From the IMG/VR virus record IMGVR_UViG_3300031133_000383, positions 314,635 to 378,634 of that record: 64,000 bases of DNA. One strand, given 5' to 3'. The position numbers and the translations under genes were made by a program. The notes under the pieces are model-generated. The model saw only the letters and a list, made by a program, of their open reading frames with translations, ran no database searches and had not been told where the DNA came from. The stretch is from a virus (taxonomy: Duplodnaviria > Heunggongvirae > Uroviricota > Caudoviricetes). Below are positions 20,650-29,677 of this stretch, one piece after another; position 1 is the stretch's first letter, and each line of letters begins with the position of its first letter.

Positions 20650-20952
20650 ATGAAAGAACAGTATATTTTAAAAGAAGTTGAATCCGTTACTCAGATTGCA
20701 AAGAATATTTTTGGTGATATTGTTGAAAAAGTCTATTATGCAGAAATAGCTTATGCTTTTATTGCAGAATCAGAAACTATTGAAAGGATTGATAATCAGA
20801 TTGAGAGTGCATCCAACCAAGAAAATTCAATCGACCAAGATTGCAAAACTGTTGTTATTGAGTTTGTAAATGGTCGTAAAGTTATCTTTTCTAACTCTGA
20901 GTGGGGTTGTATGGAGTCATTAAGCAACGAAGACGTGAAAAAGATTATTTGA
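20650..20952 (+). CDS. Hypothetical protein
   Basis: SD gagga; terminator at 20960-20987. Confidence 0.75.
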   Translation: MKEQYILKEVESVTQIAKNIFGDIVEKVYYAEIAYAFIAESETIERIDNQIESASNQENSIDQDCKTVVIEFVNGRKVIFSNSEWGCMESLSNEDVKKII

Positions 20953-21033
20953 TGGATTAAGAAGACTTCTACGGAAGTCTTTTTTTTGATCACTATTATT
21001 TAGAGAATATTTTTAAATTTAATCAAAAAAATC

Positions 21034-21062
21034 TTGAAAATGTAGAGGTATTTTGATATTAT
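21034..21062 (+). promoter_or_regulatory. Sigma70-like promoter for the ncRNA operon
   Basis: TTGAAA-17nt-TATTAT. Confidence 0.65.
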
Positions 21063-21065
21063 AGC

Positions 21066-21222
21066 GTTGTTGGGAATCCGAGAAATCTTGAGTGAGCAGA
21101 TCGAAGTATGGAGTTGTGATCCATATCCTAAACTAGGCTCAGGCGTTGACGCAGGCAGGTGACATGACGATACGATGTCCCGGTAGACACACTACGCCGG
21201 AAATCTGTAACCAATCAATAGC
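21066..21222 (+). ncRNA. Candidate structured ncRNA (about 155 nt)
   Basis: GC-rich, no ORF; closing helix gttgttgg/ccaatcaat; internal helices tgagc/gctca, tatgga/tccata, gcagg/tctgt, gacat/atgtc, ccgg-tag/cta-ccgg. Confidence 0.6.
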
Positions 21223-21267
21223 GGTATCACTAGTGCTTCATATCGTGTATTGATATATATTGAATTT

Positions 21268-21561
21268 TGGGAGGTGGGCTTAGAAGCAGCCATCCTTTAA
21301 AGAGTAGGGCAAAAGCCATCGGTGTTTGGGATATCAACAGTAATCATGTTTTGTTTCTGTTTTAAGAAATAAGCATGACAAGTGAGACAGGGTAGATAAT
21401 GAATGAATCCACTTTTAATTAGTTCATTTTCTATCAAAAAGACTCAGCTAAAGATGCCCAACGGTAGCCTAGAAAGCTTACTGTTTGCCGTGGTAGTGGT
21501 CTTGGTAAAGTGAATAATAGAGTTTGTCATATTATTCCCCTTTTGGCGTAATAGCACACCA
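21268..21561 (+). ncRNA. ncRNA mimicking the 23S rRNA L11-binding domain (H43-H44) with a ~240-nt insert
   Basis: 5' half TGGGAGGTGGGCTTAGAAGCAGCCATCCTTTAAAGAGT aligns to E. coli 23S 1053-1090; 3' half GCGTAATAGCACACCA aligns to 1091-1106; no other rRNA sequence around it. Confidence 0.85.
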
Positions 21562-21614
21562 TTATTTTGTATTTTAAAATCGTTATTGTACATTTGTTTA
21601 TCTTTTTACTAAAA

Positions 21615-21683
21615 CTGCCACCAAGGCTGACGCTGGGCTTCTAAAACCTAAGCGGAAGGGTTCGAATCCCTTGTGGTGGACCA
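21615..21683 (+). tRNA. Short (69-nt) tRNA with CUA anticodon and reduced D arm; amber suppressor-like
   Basis: Acceptor ctgccac/gtggtgg plus A-CCA; T arm aaggg-TTCGAAT-ccctt; anticodon arm tgggc-TT CTA AA-accta. Confidence 0.7.
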
Positions 21684-21694
21684 ATTTTAAACAC

Positions 21695-21713
21695 GCTCAT
21701 TCTGAGCTTTTTT
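21695..21713 (+). terminator. Probable intrinsic terminator of the ncRNA operon
   Basis: gctca-ttc-tgagc plus T tract. Confidence 0.55.
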
Positions 21714-21730
21714 ATTTATCGGAGAATCTG

Positions 21731-22375
21731 ATGAGTTTTTTAATTTATTCTCAAATTGAATCCCGTCTAGAACAGGTTTTCGCTTAATTGAATTCTAAAT
21801 TTGGCGTTGTTGTGATTAAACATTATATTAAGCCTCGTTCTGAACAAGCTGGGAAAATATATGAAGTCATTTCAAATTTGGGTACATTTGAAATTGTGCT
21901 CTATACCAATTATAGTAATGTAACCTTTAAGGAATTGATTGTTTGTGAAAATGGTCAATTAGTCAATTACTCATCGTCATCCATTCTTGATAGTGTTGTC
22001 AATCAAATCAATCAAAAACTTGATATCTTGAAAGCCGTTAGAGTCATTCCATTTGAAGAGTCTATCAGTCATTTCATGGATAATGTCAAAGTTCAAATCA
22101 AGATGAGACTAAACAAGCATCTTCATATTCGAAACCAATTTAGTGTTAGTGTCACTATTCGCAAAGAAGACTGCATTTTACTTGTGGGTAATGTAACTGA
22201 TACCATCTTGGTTGATCGGGGTTTAATTTTCTCTTTTAAGGAAGACGAATTATACATGGCTGATTCATGGCAGTACCTGAAAGAGTTCATTCATACCACT
22301 TACAACATACCCCTGAATCAAAAAGATGTGGATTATGCTGATTTAGGCTCTGTTATTGATATGGTTCATCTTTGA
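21731..22375 (+). pseudogene. EM-motif-family gene with a premature in-frame TAA at 21785-21787
   Basis: SD ggag plus ATG 21731 (MSFLIYSQIESRLEQVFA*) in frame with ORF 21788-22375, which ends LGSVIDMVHL. Confidence 0.65.
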
Positions 22376-22434
22376 TACATTCATCTTAAACGGCTTCATT
22401 TTTCTCTATATTTATGCTATAATAACTGCAACCT

Positions 22435-22776
22435 ATGGAGACAATCACTATGTCATTTCTAAAAATCAGTGTTCAAGAAGGTTTTACTCAGCATAAAACT
22501 GAATATGATCTGTTTATTGTCGGCACCGATGGTAAAGGCAATGAAGTTGGTTATGGTGACTGGCGTTTTAGTGGAATGCTTAAAAAAGTAGCTTGCGTAA
22601 TTGATCCTCTTCATAAAAATATTCTGGCTGAATGTGTTAGCTATGATGACAATTTGGTTAAAGCCATGGCTGAACATGCAGTTGCTGCCCAGTCCTTGTA
22701 TTATTGGTCGTCAGCCGATCCCTTGATCAATTGGAATCTGCTTTCTGATTCCTTTGTCGTAGAGGAAATCTATTAA
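22435..22776 (+). CDS. Hypothetical protein
   Basis: SD ggag suggests start at ATG 22450. Confidence 0.7.
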   Translation: METITMSFLKISVQEGFTQHKTEYDLFIVGTDGKGNEVGYGDWRFSGMLKKVACVIDPLHKNILAECVSYDDNLVKAMAEHAVAAQSLYYWSSADPLINWNLLSDSFVVEEIY

Positions 22777-22777
22777 C

Positions 22778-23302
22778 ATGTCGTTAGCCATCAGAAACGA
22801 ATATCAAACAGTAGGGGTTGACAATTATTACATTGATAATGCCAATACCTATGTAAACCCACATTCTAAGCAGGCTCTTGATTGCTTGGATGCTCTATGG
22901 CAATCCAGCTTCACCTCTGTTCTTGATCTTGCTTGTGGAGATGGCCTAATTACAAAACATTTAAAAACCAACCGCTTTTCAGGGTCTATTGTAGGATGTG
23001 ACAAATTTCTATTTTCCCGTTATAGAAAAGAAACACAATGTCCGTGCTTTGAATATTCATTTCAAGACATAGCACGACAAAAGCATGATTTGCCAATGAT
23101 TGATCTGACCGTTATCAGTTATGCAATTGATTTAGTAGAGAAATCATACCTTGATAACATGCTTTTTTCTTTGTCATTGGTGTCTGACTATCTTTTGATT
23201 ATTCGGCCCAATAGTCATTTAATTGATCATTATTCTTGGAAGTTGGTTAATTCTGTTAAAATGGGCAAAGCTCGGGGAACAATTTACAAGAAAAACATAT
23301 AG
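22778..23302 (+). CDS. Class I SAM-dependent methyltransferase-like protein
   Basis: Motif I VLDLACGDG, followed by IVGCD. Confidence 0.8.
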   Translation: MSLAIRNEYQTVGVDNYYIDNANTYVNPHSKQALDCLDALWQSSFTSVLDLACGDGLITKHLKTNRFSGSIVGCDKFLFSRYRKETQCPCFEYSFQDIARQKHDLPMIDLTVISYAIDLVEKSYLDNMLFSLSLVSDYLLIIRPNSHLIDHYSWKLVNSVKMGKARGTIYKKNI

Positions 23303-23787
23303 TCCTAAATCATATTTAAAAGGATTGCTGTCTGTTGAACAGGTTGCTATAATGGTGTCATTAACCAATGAGAAAAACTCTATGAAAATGCTAATTTTGG
23401 TTCCAGTTTTTATGCTCTCTATGGTAACAGTTCATGCCGATCCGTATAGAACTCAATTCATGACACCATCTCCTGCTCTTGCACCTATGCCTGTCATTAA
23501 AGTACCTAAAAATACATCTACAAATGGCTACACTAAAACTGTCATCACACCCAAGCCAAAAAGCAAACACAATCAATGCTGATTAACACCACTATCTTTG
23601 AAGAATTAACTTATTTTGGCCTGTTGTTGATTATTGTATCAATGAGCATTTTTCAAGGACTGCATAAAGGCCGCTTTCCATGATAGCCTTTTTAATCAAC
23701 TTAGATATTGACAGCATATTTTAATTGTGTTGATTTTTATTTGATTGATGTTATTATATTTTTACTTAATTATATGAGGATATATAG

Positions 23788-24312
23788 ATGTTCAAGAAAT
23801 CCAGCAAGCTGTTTAGTTTTGATTTACCTACAATTGTAATTATTTTATTCATCTTGTCTTTTAAATCTTTTGCATATAATCCATCTTATGTACCATCTGG
23901 TTCTATGTTACCCACTATTCAAGACAAGTCTTTTATCTTGGTGGATGTTCATACCTATGGCCTTAAAATCCCATTTACCAAAATAACGTTGATTCCCATC
24001 TCCAATCCTCAACGTGGTGACATTGCTGTTTTTAGAATGCCATTGAAAGAAAATACCAATTACATCAAACGTATTGTTGCTGTTCCCGGTGATAAAATTT
24101 ACTTCAATCAACATGAATATTTTATCAATGAAACGCCTAAAGATTTATATAAATATAACTACACTATTATTCCAGAAGACAAGTATTTTGCTATTGGTGA
24201 TAATATTGAACATTCATATGATAGCCGATTTTGGGGATTTGTACCTAAAGAAAACCTTGTAGGTAAATATGTAACTACATTGGTTAAATTAAAATCAGTA
24301 TTACCTGACTAG
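23788..24312 (+). CDS. lepB: Signal peptidase I (S26)
   Basis: N-terminal TM; VPSGSMLPT (Ser), RGDIAVF, YIKRIVAVPGD (Lys), GDN..SYDSRFWG. Confidence 0.92.
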   Translation: MFKKSSKLFSFDLPTIVIILFILSFKSFAYNPSYVPSGSMLPTIQDKSFILVDVHTYGLKIPFTKITLIPISNPQRGDIAVFRMPLKENTNYIKRIVAVPGDKIYFNQHEYFINETPKDLYKYNYTIIPEDKYFAIGDNIEHSYDSRFWGFVPKENLVGKYVTTLVKLKSVLPD

Positions 24313-24360
24313 TTAAAACATCATATAAACAATATCCAGAACGATCTGGATATTTATTGT

Positions 24361-24888
24361 TTATTTATTTATTATATATGGCTCAATTTTTTTGATGACT
24401 GTTAGGTCTATGTCAATATATGAAATCATGCCGGTATATTCCACACCCAAATTGTTTAAAGCCTTGATTACATTTTCCTTATGAAACATTTTATAAACGT
24501 CTTTATATTCAGAAGGTGTTGTTGTAAAAAAACCTACTAACAATATAAAATACATTAGTGTACTGGCAAACATTATGGGCACTATTACTTTATAATTGAT
24601 ATCTAAACAAATTATAAAAAAGTTGACAGCTAATATTATCAATAATGTACAAGTAATATTTGAAAAAGTCTTTTTTTCTTCATTTTTAAATTTCATAAAT
24701 TTTTCAAACTTCTCGTTGTTATTAAGTATGATAGAATCTATGGCTTTTTCAACATCTTGCCTCGGTTGATTTTTTTGCATCTCTTTACCCTCATTTTTAT
24801 AATATATTAACGGATTATTTTGAATTATCAATTGCTCTTTTTTGATTTTTTTGTTAAAATAATGAAATTCTTTCAAAGATGGAGTCAT
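24361..24888 (-). CDS. 2-TM membrane protein
   Basis: Two hydrophobic segments; true start probably MQKNQ (SD gaggg). Confidence 0.7.
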   Translation of the reverse strand: MTPSLKEFHYFNKKIKKEQLIIQNNPLIYYKNEGKEMQKNQPRQDVEKAIDSIILNNNEKFEKFMKFKNEEKKTFSNITCTLLIILAVNFFIICLDINYKVIVPIMFASTLMYFILLVGFFTTTPSEYKDVYKMFHKENVIKALNNLGVEYTGMISYIDIDLTVIKKIEPYIINK

Positions 24889-24889
24889 A

Positions 24890-25786
24890 ATGAAAGCATC
24901 CCTGTTTAATAAAAACTTTCTTAAGGATCTAAAATTGCCCGTTGCTGTGGATAAAGATCCTTATTTTTCTCATTACATGAACCTTGTTGATCCTTATTTT
25001 TCGTCACTCGACAAATATCAGACTTTTGTTCAGTGCTTTGAAAATCATGGTCGTGAATTATTTTTTGACAATAATCGTCGCCTAGTTAACGCGACTCTTG
25101 ATTATTTAAAGGATAAACCGGCTTTTGAAGTTTTTAATAATATCGACATCAAGCAATTTAAGAAGGATATTCAAATCTCTGGCCAAGAATTGTATAAATC
25201 CCATAATCAGAACAAACATTTTATCAGTATTGATTTGGTTAAAGCAAATTTTCAGTCACTGCTTTTTGTGGTTCCTGATTTGTTTGATGGTCATACCAAT
25301 TATGATGATTTTGTTAAAAGTCGTGGTTTTAATGATTTTATGGTTATTAGCAAACAGATTCGACAAATCTTATTTGGTAATATGAACCCACAACGTCAAC
25401 AAAAGATCCAATCATTTATGATGAATCAAATTGCTGATATTCTGGTTCTAAACGGTATTTCTGTTTCAGATATTTATAGTTTATCGTCTGACGAATTGGT
25501 TTTTGAAAATGTTGACGATAATCATACTGTTTTTGATGTGGTTAGTGTATTAATGCCTCTTGGTTTTGATGTAAGAGTAGAAGCCTTTAAGTTGGTTCGG
25601 CCTTTTGAAAAGCCTTTCTATGTAAAAGAGTTGCAGGATGGCACTAAATCGTTTAAAATGGTGCCTACTTCGGTAATGGCGGAATTTATTAAACGTCTTG
25701 AAAACCGTCCGGTTGAAGACATTGACCTCTATTTTTATGATGAAACAGGTCGTCTTTCTAAACACGTTGAACCTTTTATTGATTAG
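24890..25786 (+). CDS. Hypothetical protein with polymerase-palm-like acidic motifs
   Basis: FISIDLVKANFQSL...SKQIRQILFG...SLSSDELVF; SD ggag. Confidence 0.6.
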   Translation: MKASLFNKNFLKDLKLPVAVDKDPYFSHYMNLVDPYFSSLDKYQTFVQCFENHGRELFFDNNRRLVNATLDYLKDKPAFEVFNNIDIKQFKKDIQISGQELYKSHNQNKHFISIDLVKANFQSLLFVVPDLFDGHTNYDDFVKSRGFNDFMVISKQIRQILFGNMNPQRQQKIQSFMMNQIADILVLNGISVSDIYSLSSDELVFENVDDNHTVFDVVSVLMPLGFDVRVEAFKLVRPFEKPFYVKELQDGTKSFKMVPTSVMAEFIKRLENRPVEDIDLYFYDETGRLSKHVEPFID

Positions 25787-25796
25787 GAGATCTACC

Positions 25797-26495
25797 ATGA
25801 TTGGTCGTAAAGCTTATATTCCTTATGGAAATCAGGTTATTGCTATTGAAATCTATGCTGAAACACCCGGAGATTTTACGGCTCGCACAGGCATTGATTT
25901 ATCTAATGAGTGTGTAGCTCAAATTTCTACACTTGAAAATATCTTGGATCAAGTGGTTGAAAGACCAGTTGGACCTTCTGTTGAACGTTTTCATACTGCA
26001 GAAGGCATTGGAAATATTGTAAATCGTAAACACTTGATGCTTTCCTCAGTTGACCTTGATGATATGATAAAGTATTCATCGGTGTCTACTAAGCTTTTTC
26101 AAGCTTCCGATATTGACGGTTTGGAACCAAATGCTATTGATTATCTTTCTGGCACTTCCTTTTTTCATGACAAAACTAAAAAAAGTTTTCAAGGTTTTAT
26201 TGAAATACCTAGTAAACAAAACACAATTCTTTCAGATTTTAACCAGTTGACTACTTGTAGCGTTAAGATAATTAATAATAAATATTTTGTTCCAGTTCAT
26301 CTATTCAAAAACTCTGAATTCCTCTTTGATGATAAACGTGACAAAAAGGAAAATGGCGAATGGATTGTCCTCTATTATGGCATTGATAATACTTCATATG
26401 GGTTACGATTCTCTACAGAAGATATGGCTTTGGAGTATATTGAATGTGGATTTAAAGCAGGTTATAATCCCGATATTCTTTATTATAATTCTTGA
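25797..26495 (+). CDS. Hypothetical protein
   Basis: SD aggag before ATG 25797; terminator at 26513-26535. Confidence 0.75.
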   Translation: MIGRKAYIPYGNQVIAIEIYAETPGDFTARTGIDLSNECVAQISTLENILDQVVERPVGPSVERFHTAEGIGNIVNRKHLMLSSVDLDDMIKYSSVSTKLFQASDIDGLEPNAIDYLSGTSFFHDKTKKSFQGFIEIPSKQNTILSDFNQLTTCSVKIINNKYFVPVHLFKNSEFLFDDKRDKKENGEWIVLYYGIDNTSYGLRFSTEDMALEYIECGFKAGYNPDILYYNS

Positions 26496-26794
26496 TCTAA
26501 CTTGTATTAATTAAGGACACATTGTGTCCTTTTTTCTTTTCTTAAATTTGTATTTATCTTATTGTTTGCTATTCTTTATAAAAAGGAGACTTCATTATGC
26601 CTGATTTCATCAAACCTCAACCACCCAAGAAACCAATACCTCCGATTATTAGAATAATTAAAAATGAGAAAGTGATCAATAAAAAAGAAATTGAACAACA
26701 CTCTAAGCGTTAATCAAATTGTTTTGTTGATTGTCTCAAAATATTATGATATAATCGCCCTCATATATCTACAATTACATAAGGGGGAGATATA

Positions 26795-26977
26795 ATGAGA
26801 ATTTTAACTCTTAAAGCTTTGGCAATTATCGGTGTAGTGATGTTTGCATTGACGGGTCATGTATTTCCTGCTATCATGATGTTCTTATTTGGAGGTTTCT
26901 GGATTCTTGAACGTTGTGACATCACTCATTTTTTTCATGATCAGAATACTTACAAATTTAGTCGAAATTATTTCTAG
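26795..26977 (+). CDS. Small membrane protein
   Basis: SD aaggggga; two hydrophobic segments. Confidence 0.6.
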   Translation: MRILTLKALAIIGVVMFALTGHVFPAIMMFLFGGFWILERCDITHFFHDQNTYKFSRNYF

Positions 26978-27162
26978 GAGTCTATTGTGAATAATAAACA
27001 TACGCTTTTCTTGATCAAGGAAAAACTTAAACAGATGGGGCCAGAAGAAGTATTGAGGCAGCTTTATGCATGCCGTACTGATGGGCCTTCTGTTAAGGAA
27101 TTCATTACTGACCACTCCAAAAAAAATTCTTTTCTTGGTAAAAAATCCTAGGAGTTTTATCA

Positions 27163-27459
27163 ATGTCTACTCAATACATAATGAATCGAGCAAAATGGAT
27201 TGAAAAAGTACTTACTATTTTGCCATCCAGTATTCAAAATCGTGATGAAGTTGCTGATGATTTGGCCCATGAATTTGGGATTCTTTCAGGTTTGGTCGGC
27301 GGTGGATGGTATCCCAATGAAGCTGTTGATCAATATCTTGACCGTGAATATCGAAATGGCCATATCAATGACAATGATTATGATGAATATGACAATTTGA
27401 TCAAAGCTTATATCATGCGTGGCGAAGCAGAATATGCAGCCAATAAAAAAGGAGAGTAA
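27163..27459 (+). CDS. Hypothetical protein
   Basis: SD aggag. Confidence 0.75.
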   Translation: MSTQYIMNRAKWIEKVLTILPSSIQNRDEVADDLAHEFGILSGLVGGGWYPNEAVDQYLDREYRNGHINDNDYDEYDNLIKAYIMRGEAEYAANKKGE

Positions 27460-27460
27460 T

Positions 27461-28555
27461 ATGACTGCTTCTATTGATACACAACTTCAATTTTGTGCTG
27501 AAAGTTTGGTTGAGTTTTTTAATTCGCCAGCATTCAAACCCGAAAAATTAGTTTCTTCAAATCTGAAACCAGTACCTTCTTTGAAAACTATTGATTTTGA
27601 TAAGCAATCTAGTGACGATATTATTTCTATTCTTAAAGCAAACATTGACGACGCAAAAAAAGTAGAAGACTCTTTGATTTTTGAACAAAAAGGATTTCTA
27701 TATCATTATAAAAAATCTCGTTTTGGTAATTTGAGATTTTCAAAATATGAAAAACCCGATTTTTCAAATGTGCCTGACAAATTCCTGCAGCCTGTCTCAA
27801 ATGATAGAACCATCGTTTGCAATATGTTAGCTGAACTAGCAACACTTTATCCAAAAAAGTCGTTTCAAAAAATGAAACCTGATACTGAATTTTCTAGTAC
27901 TGGATTTGGTATTTTCAGTGTATCAACCCGCTCTAACAATACTTACTTTTCAAAAGACATGCTTGAACTGTGCAATGCATTTCCAGAGGCTTTTTCCAAA
28001 CAGGAACTTGCGTTTCTCGACGATATCAAAAATGACTCAATGAATGGAGATACTACGGCCTCAGATGTTGCTCTTCACGTATTTACCTTATGGGAAAACA
28101 TGTTGCGTAATGGGCGTCATGATAAAAACAATATTTATAGTTTCAATGATGCTGATAACTTTGCTTACTATGCAGAAACAAGCACTCATGTCATGATTGA
28201 ACAAGAAAGTCAGAATACTATATATGCGTATGTGAAAGAAAAAGTCACTGATCATATTCAAATCTGGCAGACTGCTAAAATTGTTGATACTGTTAGTGAA
28301 CTGTTTGCTGAGAAGCTTGAAGAATCCAGCAGTTATATTGAATTGATGCAGCTTTTAAATCATGATCATGGATATCTTTCTTATCCCTGTAAACTGTCAG
28401 GCGTAGGCTATCCGCAATCATCTGCCTATTTTCTAGAAAATCTTCCAGAGGATAGTGAATTTCTTGTGTTCGATTCAAAACGTGGATTCAATGTAAATTC
28501 TGCTTATTGTTCATCACTGCTAGAAGACTTTGATATTTTGTCTACTGTCTATTAA
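27461..28555 (+). CDS. Hypothetical protein
   Basis: SD aaggag before ATG 27461; long ORF. Confidence 0.8.
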   Translation: MTASIDTQLQFCAESLVEFFNSPAFKPEKLVSSNLKPVPSLKTIDFDKQSSDDIISILKANIDDAKKVEDSLIFEQKGFLYHYKKSRFGNLRFSKYEKPDFSNVPDKFLQPVSNDRTIVCNMLAELATLYPKKSFQKMKPDTEFSSTGFGIFSVSTRSNNTYFSKDMLELCNAFPEAFSKQELAFLDDIKNDSMNGDTTASDVALHVFTLWENMLRNGRHDKNNIYSFNDADNFAYYAETSTHVMIEQESQNTIYAYVKEKVTDHIQIWQTAKIVDTVSELFAEKLEESSSYIELMQLLNHDHGYLSYPCKLSGVGYPQSSAYFLENLPEDSEFLVFDSKRGFNVNSAYCSSLLEDFDILSTVY

Positions 28556-28620
28556 ATAGCTTGTGAATTTTGTCGAATCTTGATATAATTCTCTCACTTT
28601 AACTAATGAGGGAATTTGTC

Positions 28621-29496
28621 ATGTTTCATCTTAATGGTTCGCGTCGTCCTAGCCCAATAGGCACCATTACTTTCAAATCTTTCAATCATAATTTGGCCCA
28701 CACTATTCAACATTTTTTCATGAATATGAATTCTGACCGCCGAATTACTACAATCAATCTTGAAATGATTAAAGAAAAATTTCGTAGTGAATTTGGATTT
28801 GTTGATTGGAACAGCAAAGAAACTTCATTTAGCATGAACACTCACTATATTCTTTTCAACATCGAAGTAAATAAACAGAATGATAAAAAGAATAATGGAA
28901 AATATCTAAAGGTTTTTCTTTATATTCTTCCAAAAGAATGGCTTCAAGGTGAGCCTAAACAAATGGACAAACATTTTGTAGCCAGTATTAATCCACTGGC
29001 TGAAATTAGAACTCAAAAAGAATTGAATAGTGATTTTGTCAGCACCTATAAAGTTCAAATTGACAATAATGAATTTGTGAATGTAAAACTTCATAAAGAA
29101 GCCTACCATCTGGCTAAAGGCGATATGGAAAAGATACATATTCAAAAAGCTATTATTGTAGATGGCGTCTATTATGAAGTTGGCAATCCTATTAAACAAT
29201 TCAAAGAAGTGGACATTAATGAATATCGTTTGATTGCGGTTGATCAGTTTTCAATCAATGATGTTGTTTTTGAAGCCAAAGTTGAAGGCATTGGTTCATC
29301 TATCAAATTTACCAAGGATGTTAATAAGCTGTCAGATGGCTTTTATAGGGTTATGGGTGTGGTTGTAGGTGCCATTCTTATTGAGACAAACACCAGTTTA
29401 CTGACAGGTGTCTCTAAAAAAATGGTATTCCTAAAAGATACCTCTGCTGATTTTAAACGACTTGAAAAACAAATTAGTCTTATTGAAACTGTTTAA
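28621..29496 (+). CDS. Hypothetical protein
   Basis: SD gaggg before ATG 28621. Confidence 0.75.
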   Translation: MFHLNGSRRPSPIGTITFKSFNHNLAHTIQHFFMNMNSDRRITTINLEMIKEKFRSEFGFVDWNSKETSFSMNTHYILFNIEVNKQNDKKNNGKYLKVFLYILPKEWLQGEPKQMDKHFVASINPLAEIRTQKELNSDFVSTYKVQIDNNEFVNVKLHKEAYHLAKGDMEKIHIQKAIIVDGVYYEVGNPIKQFKEVDINEYRLIAVDQFSINDVVFEAKVEGIGSSIKFTKDVNKLSDGFYRVMGVVVGAILIETNTSLLTGVSKKMVFLKDTSADFKRLEKQISLIETV

Positions 29497-29677
29497 TTTG
29501 GATTGAAAAACCAAGCAAACAATTTCATCATTTAGTTTTTTTATACTATTTTGTATAGCCACAAGCATGAAGTTTAATAGATTGGATCATGTTGTTCCTG
29601 CGATTTTGATACTTCTTAATTCTATGTAGCATAATAAAATTTATTATGCTATAATTTTCGAATTATTAGGAGCATGT

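Noticed and set aside
21268-21561. A true 23S rRNA gene or rRNA contamination
   Set aside because: Only about 54 nt match, split by a non-rRNA insert, and there is no flanking rRNA sequence
21615-21683. tRNA-Pyl or tRNA-Arg(UCU)
   Set aside because: Has a canonical TTCGAAT T loop unlike tRNA-Pyl and no pyl genes are seen; the UCU register does not give a paired anticodon stem
28621-29496. Member of the EM-motif family (ends ISLIETV)
   Set aside because: Lacks the Met and the spacing to the stop differs, so it was not counted; 4729-5154 (FVELMVQL...) was excluded likewise
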